Of a stretch of 64,000 nt of DNA, positions 18,862-28,629 are shown piece after piece. How positions within the stretch are numbered: position 1 is the first letter of the stretch; every line of letters starts with the position of its first letter. Below the pieces are notes generated by a model. That model was not told where the DNA came from. It ran no database searches and saw only the letters and a list, made by a program, of their open reading frames with translations. Made by a program: the position numbers and the translations under genes. Origin of the DNA: Pseudomonas sp. UBA6562. Its GTDB lineage: Bacteria; Pseudomonadota; Gammaproteobacteria; Pseudomonadales; Pseudomonadaceae. The stretch is from the NCBI RefSeq assembly GCF_002434265.1, contig NZ_DJJS01000007.1:769327-833326 (forward strand), read 5' to 3'.

Positions 18862-19293
18862 ATGCAACAACTCTGGATAGTGCCCCTCGTCGTGCTTGCG
18901 GGCATGGGGCTTTCCGTCGAAGCCGGGCTGCTCGGCCCGTTGGGCGAAACCGTCGGCCACGGCTGGGCGGTGTTCGGCATTTTCAGCCTGGGCTCGCTGC
19001 TGCTGACCTTCGGCCTGATCTTCGGCCGGCCGAAGCTGGCAGCGATGTTCGCCAAGCCGCGCTGGATGCTGGCAGGCGGCCTGTTGGGCCCGCTCTACGT
19101 CGGCGCCTTGACCCTCGCCACGCCGCACATCGGCGTCGGCCTGACCATGGTCGGCATCTTGTTCGGCCAGGTGGCGGCAAGCCTGGTCATCGACCACTTC
19201 GGGTGGCTGGGCGCGGAGAAAAAACATGTCGACGGCTACCGTCTGGGCGCTCTAGTGGCGATTCTCGGCGCGCTGTGGCTGATCAATTCGTAA
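18862..19293 (+). CDS. DMT-superfamily half-transporter (YdcZ/DUF606 type)
   Basis: 143 aa, 5 TM. Paired with a paralog 10 nt downstream. Confidence 0.7.
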   Translation: MQQLWIVPLVVLAGMGLSVEAGLLGPLGETVGHGWAVFGIFSLGSLLLTFGLIFGRPKLAAMFAKPRWMLAGGLLGPLYVGALTLATPHIGVGLTMVGILFGQVAASLVIDHFGWLGAEKKHVDGYRLGALVAILGALWLINS

Positions 19294-19303
19294 GGGGAAA
19301 CCG

Positions 19304-19780
19304 ATGCTGTTCATCATGCTGGTGATCGTAGTTCTGGGCGGCGCGGTGTTGTGCGCGCAGTCCGCCATCAATGGGCGTTTGGGGCATCAGGTGGGCGTGC
19401 TGGAAAGCGCCTGGCTGACGTTCGTGATGGGTGCGATGGTGAGTTTTCTGTATGCCTTCCTGTTCGAACCGCAACACGCGATGAACCTGTTCAGCGTGCC
19501 GCGCTGGCAGGTGACCGGTGCGTTCTTCGGGGTGGTGTACATGCTGGTGATCGTCTTCGCCGTGCCGCGTATCGGCACCGCAGCGGCGACGGTGGCGGTG
19601 ATCAGCGGGCAGCTGTTGATGAGCCTGCTGATCGACGACTTCGGCTGGTTCGGCAATGCCGTGATCGAGTTGGACACTTCGCGCAAGGTTGCCATCGGCC
19701 TGCTGGCGGTGGCGTTGGTGTTGATCTACAAGAGCAATACGGCCGCGCGGGCCGCCGAGGCCACGCGCGCATCGGCCTAG
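19304..19780 (+). CDS. DMT-superfamily half-transporter (YdcZ/DUF606 type)
   Basis: 158 aa with motif AQSAINGRLG typical of DUF606. 5 TM. Confidence 0.7.
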   Translation: MLFIMLVIVVLGGAVLCAQSAINGRLGHQVGVLESAWLTFVMGAMVSFLYAFLFEPQHAMNLFSVPRWQVTGAFFGVVYMLVIVFAVPRIGTAAATVAVISGQLLMSLLIDDFGWFGNAVIELDTSRKVAIGLLAVALVLIYKSNTAARAAEATRASA

Positions 19781-19825
19781 CGCCACACCGCTCGCCGTCG
19801 ATCCAAGCCAGGCCACGCCCCAATG

Positions 19826-19988
19826 CCGATCAGTCAAGCAATCGAGGCCGCTTAGCGGCTCATTGCGGCTAATCGGAACGCCGAACCGGCCGCTCCCACA
19901 GGATGGTTAAACTCCTGTGGGAGCGGCTTTAGCCGCGATGGGCTGCAAAGCAGCCCCAAGTGACACCACTCCGGCTTAACTGACTGAC
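19826..19988. repeat. Composite extragenic repeat: outer element related to 10686-10750, carrying a nested REP-type palindrome (19888-19927)
   Basis: Outer termini CCGATCAGTCAAGC ... CTTAACTGACTGAC. Inner GCCGCTCCCACAGG-n11-CCTGTGGGAGCGGC followed by TTTAGCCGCGATGGGCTGCAAAGCAGCCCC. Confidence 0.65.
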
Positions 19989-20052
19989 ATTAGGCCAGCC
20001 CCTGGCTCAGACGCGCGCCATCCAAAAGCGTGGGTGCGGCAGGCGGTTCTAC

Positions 20053-21354
20053 CTACAGGTTGTAGGCCCGTTCGTTGTGCGTCGTCAGGTCCAGCCCTTC
20101 TTCCTCGTCTTCACGGTCGACACGCAAACCGATGGTCAGCTTGAGCACCGCGAGAATCGCCAGGCTCACTGCCAGGCAGTAGGCGAAGGTGAAACCCACC
20201 CCTTGCAACTGCACCAGCACTTGCCGCCCCGGCGTGATGCCTTCCACATAACCACCCAGCGACGGCGCCGCAAACACGCCGGTCAACACCGCCCCGATCA
20301 TCCCCCCTACCCCATGCAGCCCGAACACATCCAGGCTGTCGTCATAGCCCAGCGCCCGCTTGAGCCGAGTCACGGCGAAGAAACAGCCGACCCCGGTGAG
20401 AATGCCGATGGCCAACGCGCCGAGCGGCCCGACGAAAGCGCACGCCGGGGTGATGCCGACCAGCCCGGCCAACGCGCCAGAGGCTGCACCCAGCGCCGTG
20501 GGCCGACCGTCCACCAGATGCTCGGTGAGCAGCCAGCCGACGATGCCTGCACACGCTGCCACCATGGTCGCCAGCATGACCACGCCCGCCCCTTGGTTGG
20601 CGGCCAAGCCCGAGCCCACGTTGAAGGCGAACCAGCCGACCCAGATCAACCCCGCGCCGACCAGAGTCAGGCCCAGGTTGTGCGGTGGCATGGGCGTTTG
20701 CGGATAGCCTTTGCGCTTGCCGAGCATGTACGCCGCCGCCAGCGCCGCCCCCCCCGAATTGATGTGCACGGCGGTGCCGCCGGCGAAATCCAGCACGCCC
20801 CAGTCGACCATCAACGCGCCCGGCCCGCCCCACACCATGTGCGCGATGGGCGCATAGACCAGCACGAACCACAGCGCCATGAACAGCAAGGCCGCGCCGA
20901 ACTTCATGCGCTCGGCGAAGCCGCCAGCGATCAATGCCGGGGTGATGATGGCGAAGGTCAGCTGGAACACCGCGTAGACCCCCTCCGGGATACTGCTCAC
21001 CAAACTGTCATGGCCGATGTCGAGCATCAGCGCCTTGTCCAGGCCGCCGATGAAGCTGTTGAGGGTCAACTGCCCGGCGACCATGCCCTGGGTGCTGACC
21101 ACCAGGCTATAGCCGAACAGCACCCAAAGCACGCCGATCACGCCCGCGATGGCGAACAGCTGGGTGAATATCGAAAGGAAATTCTTCGCCCGCACCATGC
21201 CGCCATAGAACAGCGCCAGGCCCGGCAGACACATCAGCAGCACGAACATCGCCGCGCAGATCATCCAGGCAGTGTTACCGGTATCGAGGCCCGGCTCGGC
21301 CGCCTGGGCCAGCGGCGCGGCGGCCAACGCGAGTAAGGCAAAGGCACGCTTCAT
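20053..21354 (-). CDS. Ammonium/methylammonium transporter (Amt family) with signal peptide
   Basis: 433 aa, 11 TM. Amt signature regions (DFAGGTAVHINSG, VFGLHGVGGMIGA). 58 nt downstream of mgsC on the same strand. Confidence 0.9.
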   Translation of the reverse strand: MKRAFALLALAAAPLAQAAEPGLDTGNTAWMICAAMFVLLMCLPGLALFYGGMVRAKNFLSIFTQLFAIAGVIGVLWVLFGYSLVVSTQGMVAGQLTLNSFIGGLDKALMLDIGHDSLVSSIPEGVYAVFQLTFAIITPALIAGGFAERMKFGAALLFMALWFVLVYAPIAHMVWGGPGALMVDWGVLDFAGGTAVHINSGGAALAAAYMLGKRKGYPQTPMPPHNLGLTLVGAGLIWVGWFAFNVGSGLAANQGAGVVMLATMVAACAGIVGWLLTEHLVDGRPTALGAASGALAGLVGITPACAFVGPLGALAIGILTGVGCFFAVTRLKRALGYDDSLDVFGLHGVGGMIGAVLTGVFAAPSLGGYVEGITPGRQVLVQLQGVGFTFAYCLAVSLAILAVLKLTIGLRVDREDEEEGLDLTTHNERAYNL

Positions 21355-21412
21355 GGGTTCGCTCCTTTACGAATGAAAACCGCCGGCATGCGGGCCGGCG
21401 GTATGGTGTGGA

Positions 21413-22738
21413 TCAGTACTGGGCCTGTCCCGGCACCCAGGCCGTGCCCGCCAGCGGCACGCGGGCCATGGCGGCGGCTTCCACGGTCAGGGCTACCAGG
21501 TCTTCCGGGTCGAGGTTGTGCAGGTGCGACTTGCCGCAGGCACGGGCCATGGTCTGCGCTTCGAGCACCAGCACCCGCAGGTAGTTGGCCAGGCGCCGGC
21601 CGGCCTCTTCGGGGTGCAGACGTTTGGCCAGCTCCGGGTCCTGGGTGGTGATGCCGGCCGGGTCGCGGCCGTTCTGCCAGTCGTCATAGAAGCCTGCGGC
21701 CGAACCGATCTCGCGCAGTTGCGCGTCCAGACGCGGGTGGTTGTCGCCCAGGGCCACCAGCGCGGCGGTGCCGATGGCCACCGCATCGGCGCCCAAGGCC
21801 ATGGCCTTGGCGACGTCGGCACCGTTGCGGATGCCACCGGAGACGATCAATTGCACCTGACGGTGCATGCCCATCTCCTGCAAGGCCTGCACCGCTTGCG
21901 GGATGGCCGGCAGGATCGGGATGCCGACGTGCTCGATGAACACCTCCTGGGTCGCCGCCGTGCCGCCCTGCATGCCGTCGAGCACGATCACGTCGGCACC
22001 GGCCTTGACCGCCAGCTTGACGTCGTAATACGGGCGGCTGGCGCCGATCTTCACGTAGATCGGTTTTTCCCAATCGGTGATCTCACGCAGTTCGGCGATC
22101 TTGATCGCCAGGTCGTCCGGGCCGGTCCAGTCGGGATGGCGGCAGGCGCTGCGCTGGTCGACGCCGATCGGCAGCGTGCGCATGCCGGCCACCCGCTCGG
22201 TGACCTTCATGCCCAGCAGCATGCCGCCGCCACCGGGCTTGGCGCCCTGCCCCAGGACGATCTCGATGGCGTCGGCCTTGCGCAGGTCGTCGGGGTTCAT
22301 GCCGTAGCGCGACGGCAGGTACTGGTACACCAGATGCTGCGACTGGCCGCGCTCTTCCGGGGTCATGCCGCCGTCGCCGGTGGTGGTGCTGGTGCCGGCG
22401 ATGGTGGCGCCACGGCCCAAGGCTTCCTTGGCGTTGGCCGACAGCGCGCCGAAGCTCATGCCGGCGATGGTCACCGGGATCTTCAGGTGGATCGGCTTCT
22501 TGGCGAAGCGCGTGCCCAGCACCACGTCGGTGCCGCATTTTTCGCGGTAGCCTTCCAATGGGTAGCGCGAGACGCTGGCGCCCAGCAGCAGCAAGTCGTC
22601 GAAGTGCGGCAGCCGGCGTTTGGTGCCGCCGCCACGGATGTCGTAGATACCGGTCTCGGCGGCGCGCTGGATTTCCTGGATGGTCAGCCGGTCGAAGGTG
22701 GCCGATTCGCGCAGCACGGGGGGAAATTGTTCGCTCAT
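21413..22738 (-). CDS. mgsC: FMN-binding glutamate synthase family protein; N-methylglutamate synthase subunit C-like
   Basis: 441 aa. GltS FMN-domain motifs (GQGAKPGGGG, VSGGIRNGADVAKA). Clustered with mgsA/B-like genes and gmaS. Confidence 0.8.
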   Translation of the reverse strand: MSEQFPPVLRESATFDRLTIQEIQRAAETGIYDIRGGGTKRRLPHFDDLLLLGASVSRYPLEGYREKCGTDVVLGTRFAKKPIHLKIPVTIAGMSFGALSANAKEALGRGATIAGTSTTTGDGGMTPEERGQSQHLVYQYLPSRYGMNPDDLRKADAIEIVLGQGAKPGGGGMLLGMKVTERVAGMRTLPIGVDQRSACRHPDWTGPDDLAIKIAELREITDWEKPIYVKIGASRPYYDVKLAVKAGADVIVLDGMQGGTAATQEVFIEHVGIPILPAIPQAVQALQEMGMHRQVQLIVSGGIRNGADVAKAMALGADAVAIGTAALVALGDNHPRLDAQLREIGSAAGFYDDWQNGRDPAGITTQDPELAKRLHPEEAGRRLANYLRVLVLEAQTMARACGKSHLHNLDPEDLVALTVEAAAMARVPLAGTAWVPGQAQY

Positions 22739-22753
22739 GGGTAGGCTCCTGGC

Positions 22754-23428
22754 TCAGTACGCGCTGGCGTTGTCGACTTTGAAGTTGTACAGCTCACGGG
22801 CCGAGCCGTAGCGTTTGAAATCGGCGGCCCGGTGCGTCAGCCCCGCCTGGTCGAGCAAGGCTTGCAGCTCTTCCAGATGTTCGGCGCGCATGGCCTTTTC
22901 GACGCAGTCCGAACCCAGCGACTGCACCGAACCCTTGACGTAGATGCGCACCTCGTACAGGGAATCGCCCAAGGCATCGCCGGCATCGCCGCACACCACC
23001 AAACGCCCGGCCTGGCCCATGAAGCAGCTCATGTGGCCGATGCTGCCGCCGACCACGATGTCCACGCCTTTCATGGAAATGCCGCAACGCGCCCCGGCGT
23101 CGCCTTCGATCACCAGCAGCCCGCCGTGGGCGGTGGCGCCGGCGGCCTGGGAGGCGCTGCCCTTGATGCGCACCGAGCCGGACATCATGTTCTCGGCCAC
23201 GCCCACGCCGACGTTGCCGTGCACGGTGATGTCGGCCTGCTGGTTCATGCCGGCGCAGTAGTAGCCGGCATGGCCGTCGATATCCACCGAGATCGCCTGG
23301 TCGATGCCCACGGCCAGGTTGTGCTTGCCGGCCGGGTGGCTGACGCGCCATTCGCGGTCTTGCACATCGCCGTGCAGGGCCTGGTTGAGGTCGCGCACCG
23401 AGGCGCTGGAAAGGTCGATCGTTTTCAT
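22754..23428 (-). CDS. mgsB: GXGXG-motif glutamate synthase C-terminal-domain-like protein; N-methylglutamate synthase subunit B-like
   Basis: 224 aa beta-helix repeat protein (GHAGYYCAGM, GNVGVGVAENM, GDAGARCGISM). Confidence 0.75.
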   Translation of the reverse strand: MKTIDLSSASVRDLNQALHGDVQDREWRVSHPAGKHNLAVGIDQAISVDIDGHAGYYCAGMNQQADITVHGNVGVGVAENMMSGSVRIKGSASQAAGATAHGGLLVIEGDAGARCGISMKGVDIVVGGSIGHMSCFMGQAGRLVVCGDAGDALGDSLYEVRIYVKGSVQSLGSDCVEKAMRAEHLEELQALLDQAGLTHRAADFKRYGSARELYNFKVDNASAY

Positions 23429-23456
23429 GGCTGTCTCCAGTGGTTCGGGGGAAGGC

Positions 23457-24362
23457 TCAGGCGCTTTCGCGCTCCCAGACGTACAAGGTGGCCGGCGCCG
23501 GCTCCCAGACCTTGGCCTTGTCGATGCCCGGCAGGCTGGCCAGGGCCTGGTATTCCGAGGCCATGGCCACGTAGTCGTCGGTTTCGGCCAGCACCGCAGG
23601 CTTGCAGGCGATCGGGTCGCGGATCACGGCAAAACCGTTACGGGTGCCGATGGCGAAGGTGAAGAAACCGTCGAGGTCCTGCAGCGCGCCGTCCAGGGCC
23701 TGGGCCAGGGTGTCGCCCTGTTGCAGGCGCCAGGTCAGGTAGCCGGCCGCGACTTCGGTGTCGTTGTCGGTTTCGAAGCTGATGCCCTGGGCCTTGAGCA
23801 CCTGGCGCAGACGGAAGTGGTTGGACAGCGAGCCGTTGTGCACCAGGCACAGGTCGGCGCCGGTGGAGAACGGGTGGCTGCCTTCCATGGTCACGGCGCT
23901 TTCGGTGGCCATGCGGGTATGGCCGATGATGTGGCTGCCCTGCATGCCGGCCAGGCCGAAGCGGCTGGAAATCTCGGCCGGTAGGCCCATGCCCTTGAGG
24001 ATCTCGATGCTCTGTCCGGCACTCATGATGCGCACTTCGTCGGCGAACTCGGCCAGCGCCGCGCGCGCGGCCGCCTCGCTCGTCTGCACCTTGAGCACGG
24101 CGGCGCTGGCGTTCTGGAACCAGTCCAGCGAGCAGGCCAGGCGCGCTTCCAGCTGGCCCATCAGGGCCGCCCAGGGGTAGTCGGCGCGGGTGGCTTGCAG
24201 AGTCAGCTTGAGCCAGCCGTCGCCCACTTCATCGCCATAGATGGCGAACCCTGCGCTGTCCGGGCCACGGTCGGTCATCGCTTGCAGCATGGGTTCGAAC
24301 AGTTGGCCGAGCTGGGCTTCGAGCTCGGGTTTCTTCAAGTACAGACCTACGATTCCGCACAT
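23457..24362 (-). CDS. mgsA: Class-II (Ntn) glutamine amidotransferase; N-methylglutamate synthase subunit A-like
   Basis: Start at MCGIVGLYL (catalytic Cys2), 301 aa. The longer 421-aa track ORF would overlap gmaS and is rejected. Confidence 0.8.
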   Translation of the reverse strand: MCGIVGLYLKKPELEAQLGQLFEPMLQAMTDRGPDSAGFAIYGDEVGDGWLKLTLQATRADYPWAALMGQLEARLACSLDWFQNASAAVLKVQTSEAAARAALAEFADEVRIMSAGQSIEILKGMGLPAEISSRFGLAGMQGSHIIGHTRMATESAVTMEGSHPFSTGADLCLVHNGSLSNHFRLRQVLKAQGISFETDNDTEVAAGYLTWRLQQGDTLAQALDGALQDLDGFFTFAIGTRNGFAVIRDPIACKPAVLAETDDYVAMASEYQALASLPGIDKAKVWEPAPATLYVWERESA

Positions 24363-24453
24363 AAAAGCCTCACTTCGTTGGGCAGCCGGCGGCAAGCGGC
24401 AGGCTGCAAGTTGTCCGTGTCGAACGGGAAAGTTTTCGCGGGCGGCGTGCCGC

Positions 24454-25788
24454 TCAGAAGAATTCGGTGTAGCGCTGGATCTCCCAGTCCGAGACGTGGC
24501 GGCTGTATTCCACCCACTCCATCCGCTTGAGCTTGATGAATTCGTCAACGATCTCGGCGCCCAGCACCTCGCGGAACAGCGGGTCGGCCTCGAGGGCGTC
24601 GGCGGCCTCCTTGAGCGACTGCGGCAAGGTGGCGATGCCACGCGCGGCGATGGCGTCCAGGCCGAGGCTGTAGAGGTTCTCGTTGCACATCGGCGCAGGT
24701 TCCAGCTGGCGGTCGATGCCATCCAGACCTGCGGCGATGATCGCGGCGGTGACCAGGTACGGGTTGCAGCCGGCGTCGGGCAGGCGAAATTCCAGGCGAC
24801 CGTAGGGAATGCGCACCATCGCCGACCGGTTGTTGGCGCCCCAGGCGACGAAGGCCGGCGCCCAGGTCGAACCTGACAACGAGCGGCCCACCACCAGGCG
24901 TTTGTAGGAGTTCACCGTGGGCGCGGCGAAGGCGCACAGCGCCGGGCCATGGGCCATCAGGCCGGCGGCGAAATGGTAGGCGAGCCTGGACAGGCCCATG
25001 CCACTGCTGTCGCTGTCGTCCTGGAACAGGTTGGGGTTGCTGTCGCTGGCCAGCGACAGATGGAAATGCATGCCGTTGCCGGCGCGCTTGGGGTCGGGCT
25101 TGGGCATGAACGAGCAGATCATCCCCAAGTCGTTGGCAATTTCACCGGCGGCCATGCGGAAGAACGTGAAGCGGTCGGCCGATTCCAGGGCGTCGCTGAA
25201 GGTGTAGTTGATCTCGAACTGGCCGTTGGCGTCTTCGTGGTCGATCTGGTAGATGTCGAAGCCCACCGGTTGCAGGGCTTCGGTCAGGCGCTCGAGGAAC
25301 AGCCGCGAGCGCGACAGGCCCTTGTAGTCGTAGCAGGGCTTGTCAAGGTTGTCGGAGGCGTCCACCAGTTGCAGCTTGCCCTGCTCGTCGCGGCGGAACA
25401 GGCTGAACTCCGGTTCCAGGCCGGTGTTGAGCGTCCAACCCTTGTCGGCCAGGCGCTGCACCTGCTGCTGCAACACGTAGCGCGGGTCGTACGGCCAGGG
25501 CTGGCCGTTGACGTGGCCCACGCACACAACACGGCCATAGCCCGGTTGCCAGGGCACTGGAGTCAACGTCGACAGATCTCCCCGAGCCATGAAATCGGGG
25601 CCATGCGGCTCCATGCCCATGCCACAGATGGCGAAGCCGGCGAAACCGGCGCCCTGCTCGGCGACCATCTTCAGGCCCGAGACCGGCACCGATTTGGTCT
25701 TCGCCGAGCCATGGATATCGACGAATTGCGCCAGCACGTACTTGATGCCGAACTGGTCGAGAATGCGCTGGGTGTCTGCTGGCAACAT
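24454..25788 (-). CDS. gmaS: Type III glutamine synthetase family protein; gamma-glutamylmethylamide synthetase-like
   Basis: 444 aa with GS catalytic-domain motifs ([32 protein letters not shown]). First gene of the gmaS-mgsABC-amt string. Start set at ATG 25788. Confidence 0.8.
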   Translation of the reverse strand: MLPADTQRILDQFGIKYVLAQFVDIHGSAKTKSVPVSGLKMVAEQGAGFAGFAICGMGMEPHGPDFMARGDLSTLTPVPWQPGYGRVVCVGHVNGQPWPYDPRYVLQQQVQRLADKGWTLNTGLEPEFSLFRRDEQGKLQLVDASDNLDKPCYDYKGLSRSRLFLERLTEALQPVGFDIYQIDHEDANGQFEINYTFSDALESADRFTFFRMAAGEIANDLGMICSFMPKPDPKRAGNGMHFHLSLASDSNPNLFQDDSDSSGMGLSRLAYHFAAGLMAHGPALCAFAAPTVNSYKRLVVGRSLSGSTWAPAFVAWGANNRSAMVRIPYGRLEFRLPDAGCNPYLVTAAIIAAGLDGIDRQLEPAPMCNENLYSLGLDAIAARGIATLPQSLKEAADALEADPLFREVLGAEIVDEFIKLKRMEWVEYSRHVSDWEIQRYTEFF

Positions 25789-25846
25789 GGGTTGATCACT
25801 CCTGGATGAGGGCACGGCGAGGTGGGCCAGTGGGTATTTCCAATCA

Positions 25847-25870
25847 GGAAACTTACTTTCACCACAGGAA
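25847..25870. promoter_or_regulatory. 24-bp box A (GGAAACTTACTTTCACCACAGGAA), putative operator abutting the -12 element
   Basis: 22/24 identical to box B 96 bp away. Lies between the sigma54 promoter and gmaS, over the expected transcription start. Confidence 0.5.
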
Positions 25871-25886
25871 TGCAACGGGCTTGCCA
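25871..25886 (-). promoter_or_regulatory. Sigma54 (RpoN) -24/-12 promoter for gmaS-mgsABC-amt
   Basis: Minus strand reads TGGCAAGCCCGTTGCA, matching TGGCAC-N5-TTGCA with correct spacing. About 83 nt upstream of the gmaS ATG. Confidence 0.65.
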
Positions 25887-25942
25887 ACTTTGCGGGTTGC
25901 GTTGCAAATCACAGGAAGCGCGCTTTTCCCTCTGTCTATATG

Positions 25943-25966
25943 GGAAACTTCCTTTCACCGCAGGAA
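25943..25966. promoter_or_regulatory. 24-bp box B (GGAAACTTCCTTTCACCGCAGGAA), putative operator
   Basis: Direct repeat of box A. About 80 nt upstream of the XRE-cupin regulator start. Confidence 0.5.
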
Positions 25967-26047
25967 ACCCAGTACTTGGCCCAGAGCTTTTTGCTAATTC
26001 CTGGTGCGAAAATAATATTCTTGAACTGAAACCGTGCAGGAGCCTAC

Positions 26048-26641
26048 ATGTCCACCGAGATCGAACCCCGGCTGCGCCTCGAGCAGTTTCTCGGCTTGCA
26101 ACTCAAGCGTGAGCGTCAGGCCCAGGCGCTGAAACTGGCCGACGTGGCACGCATCGCCGGCATCAGCCAAGGCATGTTGAGCAAGATCGAAAACGCCCAG
26201 GTGTCGACCAGCCTGGATACCCTGAGCCGCCTGTGCGACGTGCTGGGGATGCCGATGTCCAAGCTGTTCGCGCAATACGATCAGCCAGACGGCAACGCGC
26301 TGCTGGTCAAAGCGGGCGAAGGCATGGAGGTAGTGCGCCGCGGCACCGAGAAAGGCCATACCTACCAGTTGCTCAACCACACCCGCGGGCCGAAGAAGAG
26401 TTTCGAGGCGTACATGGTGAGCATGGACGATGCCAGCGAGGAGTTCCCAACCTTCTCCCACCCCGGTACCGAGCTACTTCACTTATTGGAAGGCGAGTTG
26501 GTATACCGGCACGGCAACCAGCTGTACCGGATGCAGGCCGGCGACAGCTTGAGCTTCGATGGCGAAACCCCCCACGGGCCAGAGGAGCTGGTGCGAGTGC
26601 CGATTCGGATGCTGTCCGTCATCAACTACGGTACCGAGTGA
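26048..26641 (+). CDS. XRE-family HTH regulator with C-terminal cupin domain
   Basis: HTH_3 (LKLADVARIAGISQGMLSKIENAQVSTSLDTLSRLCDVLG) plus cupin (HPGTELLHLLEGELVYRHG...GDSLSFDGETPHGP). Divergent from gmaS. Confidence 0.85.
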   Translation: MSTEIEPRLRLEQFLGLQLKRERQAQALKLADVARIAGISQGMLSKIENAQVSTSLDTLSRLCDVLGMPMSKLFAQYDQPDGNALLVKAGEGMEVVRRGTEKGHTYQLLNHTRGPKKSFEAYMVSMDDASEEFPTFSHPGTELLHLLEGELVYRHGNQLYRMQAGDSLSFDGETPHGPEELVRVPIRMLSVINYGTE

Positions 26642-26764
26642 CGACGATCCGCTGAACAGGGCAGTCGTCGCACCTCCCACCCACCTGTGACCTTTCCTCT
26701 CAAGATAATAAATTTCCTACCAGATATAGACCTGGCGATCAACTTCGCCTATAAACCCGCAAAA

Positions 26765-26788
26765 GGAAATTTATATTCCTGCCAAGAA
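26765..26788. promoter_or_regulatory. Degenerate third copy of the 24-bp box upstream of purU
   Basis: GGAAATTTATATTCCTGCCAAGAA matches box B at 15/24 positions, including both GGAA-type ends. About 67 nt upstream of the purU ATG. An inverted partner AAATTTCCT lies at 26711-26719. Confidence 0.35.
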
Positions 26789-26854
26789 TTATTTAGTACC
26801 ACTCCCTTTCGCCCTTGTGCCCGACCTGCCCCACTTCATCACGAGGATCCGAGC

Positions 26855-27721
26855 ATGCACCCCGCTCCCGACCACTTCATCCTGCGCGTCAGTTGCCCGG
26901 CGGTGTCCGGCATCGTCGCGGCAGTGACCACGTACCTCGCCGAGCAAGGTTGCTACATCAGCGAAATGGCGCAGTTCGACGACGAGGACAACGGCCGCTT
27001 CTTCATGCGTGCGGTGTTCCGCTACAACCTCGGCGTCACGGGCGATACGGCGCAGCTGGAAGCCGGCTTCGGCGACGTGGCCGAGCGCTTCGACATGGAC
27101 TGGAGCCTGCACAGCAGCGCGCGCCCGACCCGCGTGCTGCTGATGGTCAGCAAGTTCGACCATTGTCTGGCCGACCTGCTCTATCGCCACGCCAAGGGCG
27201 AGCTGGACATGCACATCACCGCTGTGGTTTCCAACCACCTCGATCTGCGCGCCATGGCCGAGCGCCAGGGCATCCGTTTCATCTACCTGCCGGTGAGCAA
27301 GGACACCAAGCAGGCGCAGGAAGCGGCGCTGATGCGCATTGTCGAGGAGACCGGCACCGAGCTGGTGGTGCTGGCGCGCTACATGCAGATCCTCTCCGAC
27401 GACCTGTGCTGCCAATTGAGCGGCAAGGCGATCAACATCCACCACTCCTTCCTGCCCGGCTTCAAGGGTGCCAAGCCCTACCACCAGGCCTACCAGCGCG
27501 GGGTCAAGCTGATCGGCGCCACGGCCCACTACGTCACCAGCGACCTGGACGAAGGCCCGATCATCGAGCAGGAGGTGCAACGCGTGGACCACGCTTACAA
27601 CCCTGAAGACCTGGTCGCCATCGGCCGCGATACCGAAACCATCGCCCTCTCGCGCGCCGTGAAGTACCACCTCGAGCACCGGGTGTTCCTCAATCACGAC
27701 CGCACGGTGATCTTCAAATGA
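26855..27721 (+). CDS. purU: Formyltetrahydrofolate deformylase
   Basis: ACT domain ([28 protein letters not shown]) plus formyl-transferase domain ([38 protein letters not shown]). Start at ATG 26855. Confidence 0.9.
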   Translation: MHPAPDHFILRVSCPAVSGIVAAVTTYLAEQGCYISEMAQFDDEDNGRFFMRAVFRYNLGVTGDTAQLEAGFGDVAERFDMDWSLHSSARPTRVLLMVSKFDHCLADLLYRHAKGELDMHITAVVSNHLDLRAMAERQGIRFIYLPVSKDTKQAQEAALMRIVEETGTELVVLARYMQILSDDLCCQLSGKAINIHHSFLPGFKGAKPYHQAYQRGVKLIGATAHYVTSDLDEGPIIEQEVQRVDHAYNPEDLVAIGRDTETIALSRAVKYHLEHRVFLNHDRTVIFK

Positions 27722-28629
27722 ACGCCCTTTCCAGCGTCAAGCTGATCGACGGAAAGGCCTGTGCGGCGAGGGTGCTGGTCGAGGTGCGCGAGCAGGTGCA
27801 TGCGCTGCGCGAGCACGGTACGCAACCGGGGCTGGCCGTAGTGCTGGTCGGCACGGACGCCGCCAGCCAGGTGTACGTGCGCAACAAGGTGCTGCGCGCC
27901 AATGAAGTGGGCATCCGCTCGCTGGAGCATCGCCTGCCCGCCGCCACCCGGCAGACCGAGCTACTGAGCCTGATCGCGCGGCTCAACGAAGACCCGCAGG
28001 TGCACGGCATCCTGGTGCAACTGCCATTGCCGGCGCACATCGACGAACACCGCGTGCTGCAAGCGGTGAGTCCGCTCAAGGACGTCGACGGCTTTCATAG
28101 CGAGAACGTCGGTGGCCTGGCCCAGGGCCGCGAAGTGCTGACGCCCTGCACCCCCAGCGGCTGCATGCGCCTGCTGCGCGAAGCCTGCGGCGAGCTGCGC
28201 GGCAAGCACGCCGTGGTGGTGGGCCGCTCCAACATCGTCGGCAAGCCCATGGCCGCCCTGCTGTTGCAGGCCGACTGCACGGTGACCACGGTGCACTCGC
28301 GCAGCCGCGACCTGCCGGCGCTGTGCCGCCAGGCCGACATTCTCGTGGCGGCGGTGGGCAAGCCTCGCCTGATCGGTGCCGACTGGCTCAAGCCCGGCGC
28401 GGTGGTGATCGACGTCGGCATCAACCGCATCGACGAAGACGGCCGCAGCCGTCTGGTCGGCGACGTCGACTTCGCCGCCGCCCTGCCCCAGGTCGCAGGC
28501 ATCACGCCGGTGCCCGGCGGCGTCGGCCCGATGACCATCGCCTACCTGATGAAAAACACGCTGCTGGCCTTCGCGCTGCAGCAACAGGCCACTCGCCAGG
28601 AGCGCACCCCATGCCCTTCGCCCTGCTGA
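27718..28629 (+). CDS. folD: Bifunctional methylenetetrahydrofolate dehydrogenase/cyclohydrolase
   Basis: FolD motifs ([52 protein letters not shown]). ATGA overlap with purU. About 20-aa C-terminal tail overlaps the next gene by 19 nt. Confidence 0.9.
   Translation: MNALSSVKLIDGKACAARVLVEVREQVHALREHGTQPGLAVVLVGTDAASQVYVRNKVLRANEVGIRSLEHRLPAATRQTELLSLIARLNEDPQVHGILVQLPLPAHIDEHRVLQAVSPLKDVDGFHSENVGGLAQGREVLTPCTPSGCMRLLREACGELRGKHAVVVGRSNIVGKPMAALLLQADCTVTTVHSRSRDLPALCRQADILVAAVGKPRLIGADWLKPGAVVIDVGINRIDEDGRSRLVGDVDFAAALPQVAGITPVPGGVGPMTIAYLMKNTLLAFALQQQATRQERTPCPSPC

Noticed and set aside
20077-22744. 419-aa and 408-aa plus-strand ORFs opposite amt and mgsC
   Set aside because: Shadow ORFs antisense to genes with strong family motifs.
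23457-24722. Long 421-aa version of the amidotransferase ORF
   Set aside because: The N-terminal 120 codons overlap the gmaS 3' end and are Ser/Arg/Thr-rich. Class-II amidotransferases must start Met-Cys, so ATG 24362 was chosen.
25977-25994. TGGCCCAGAGCTTTTTGC as a plus-strand sigma54 promoter for the XRE-cupin gene
   Set aside because: The GG-to-GC spacing is three nucleotides too long for a -24/-12 element.
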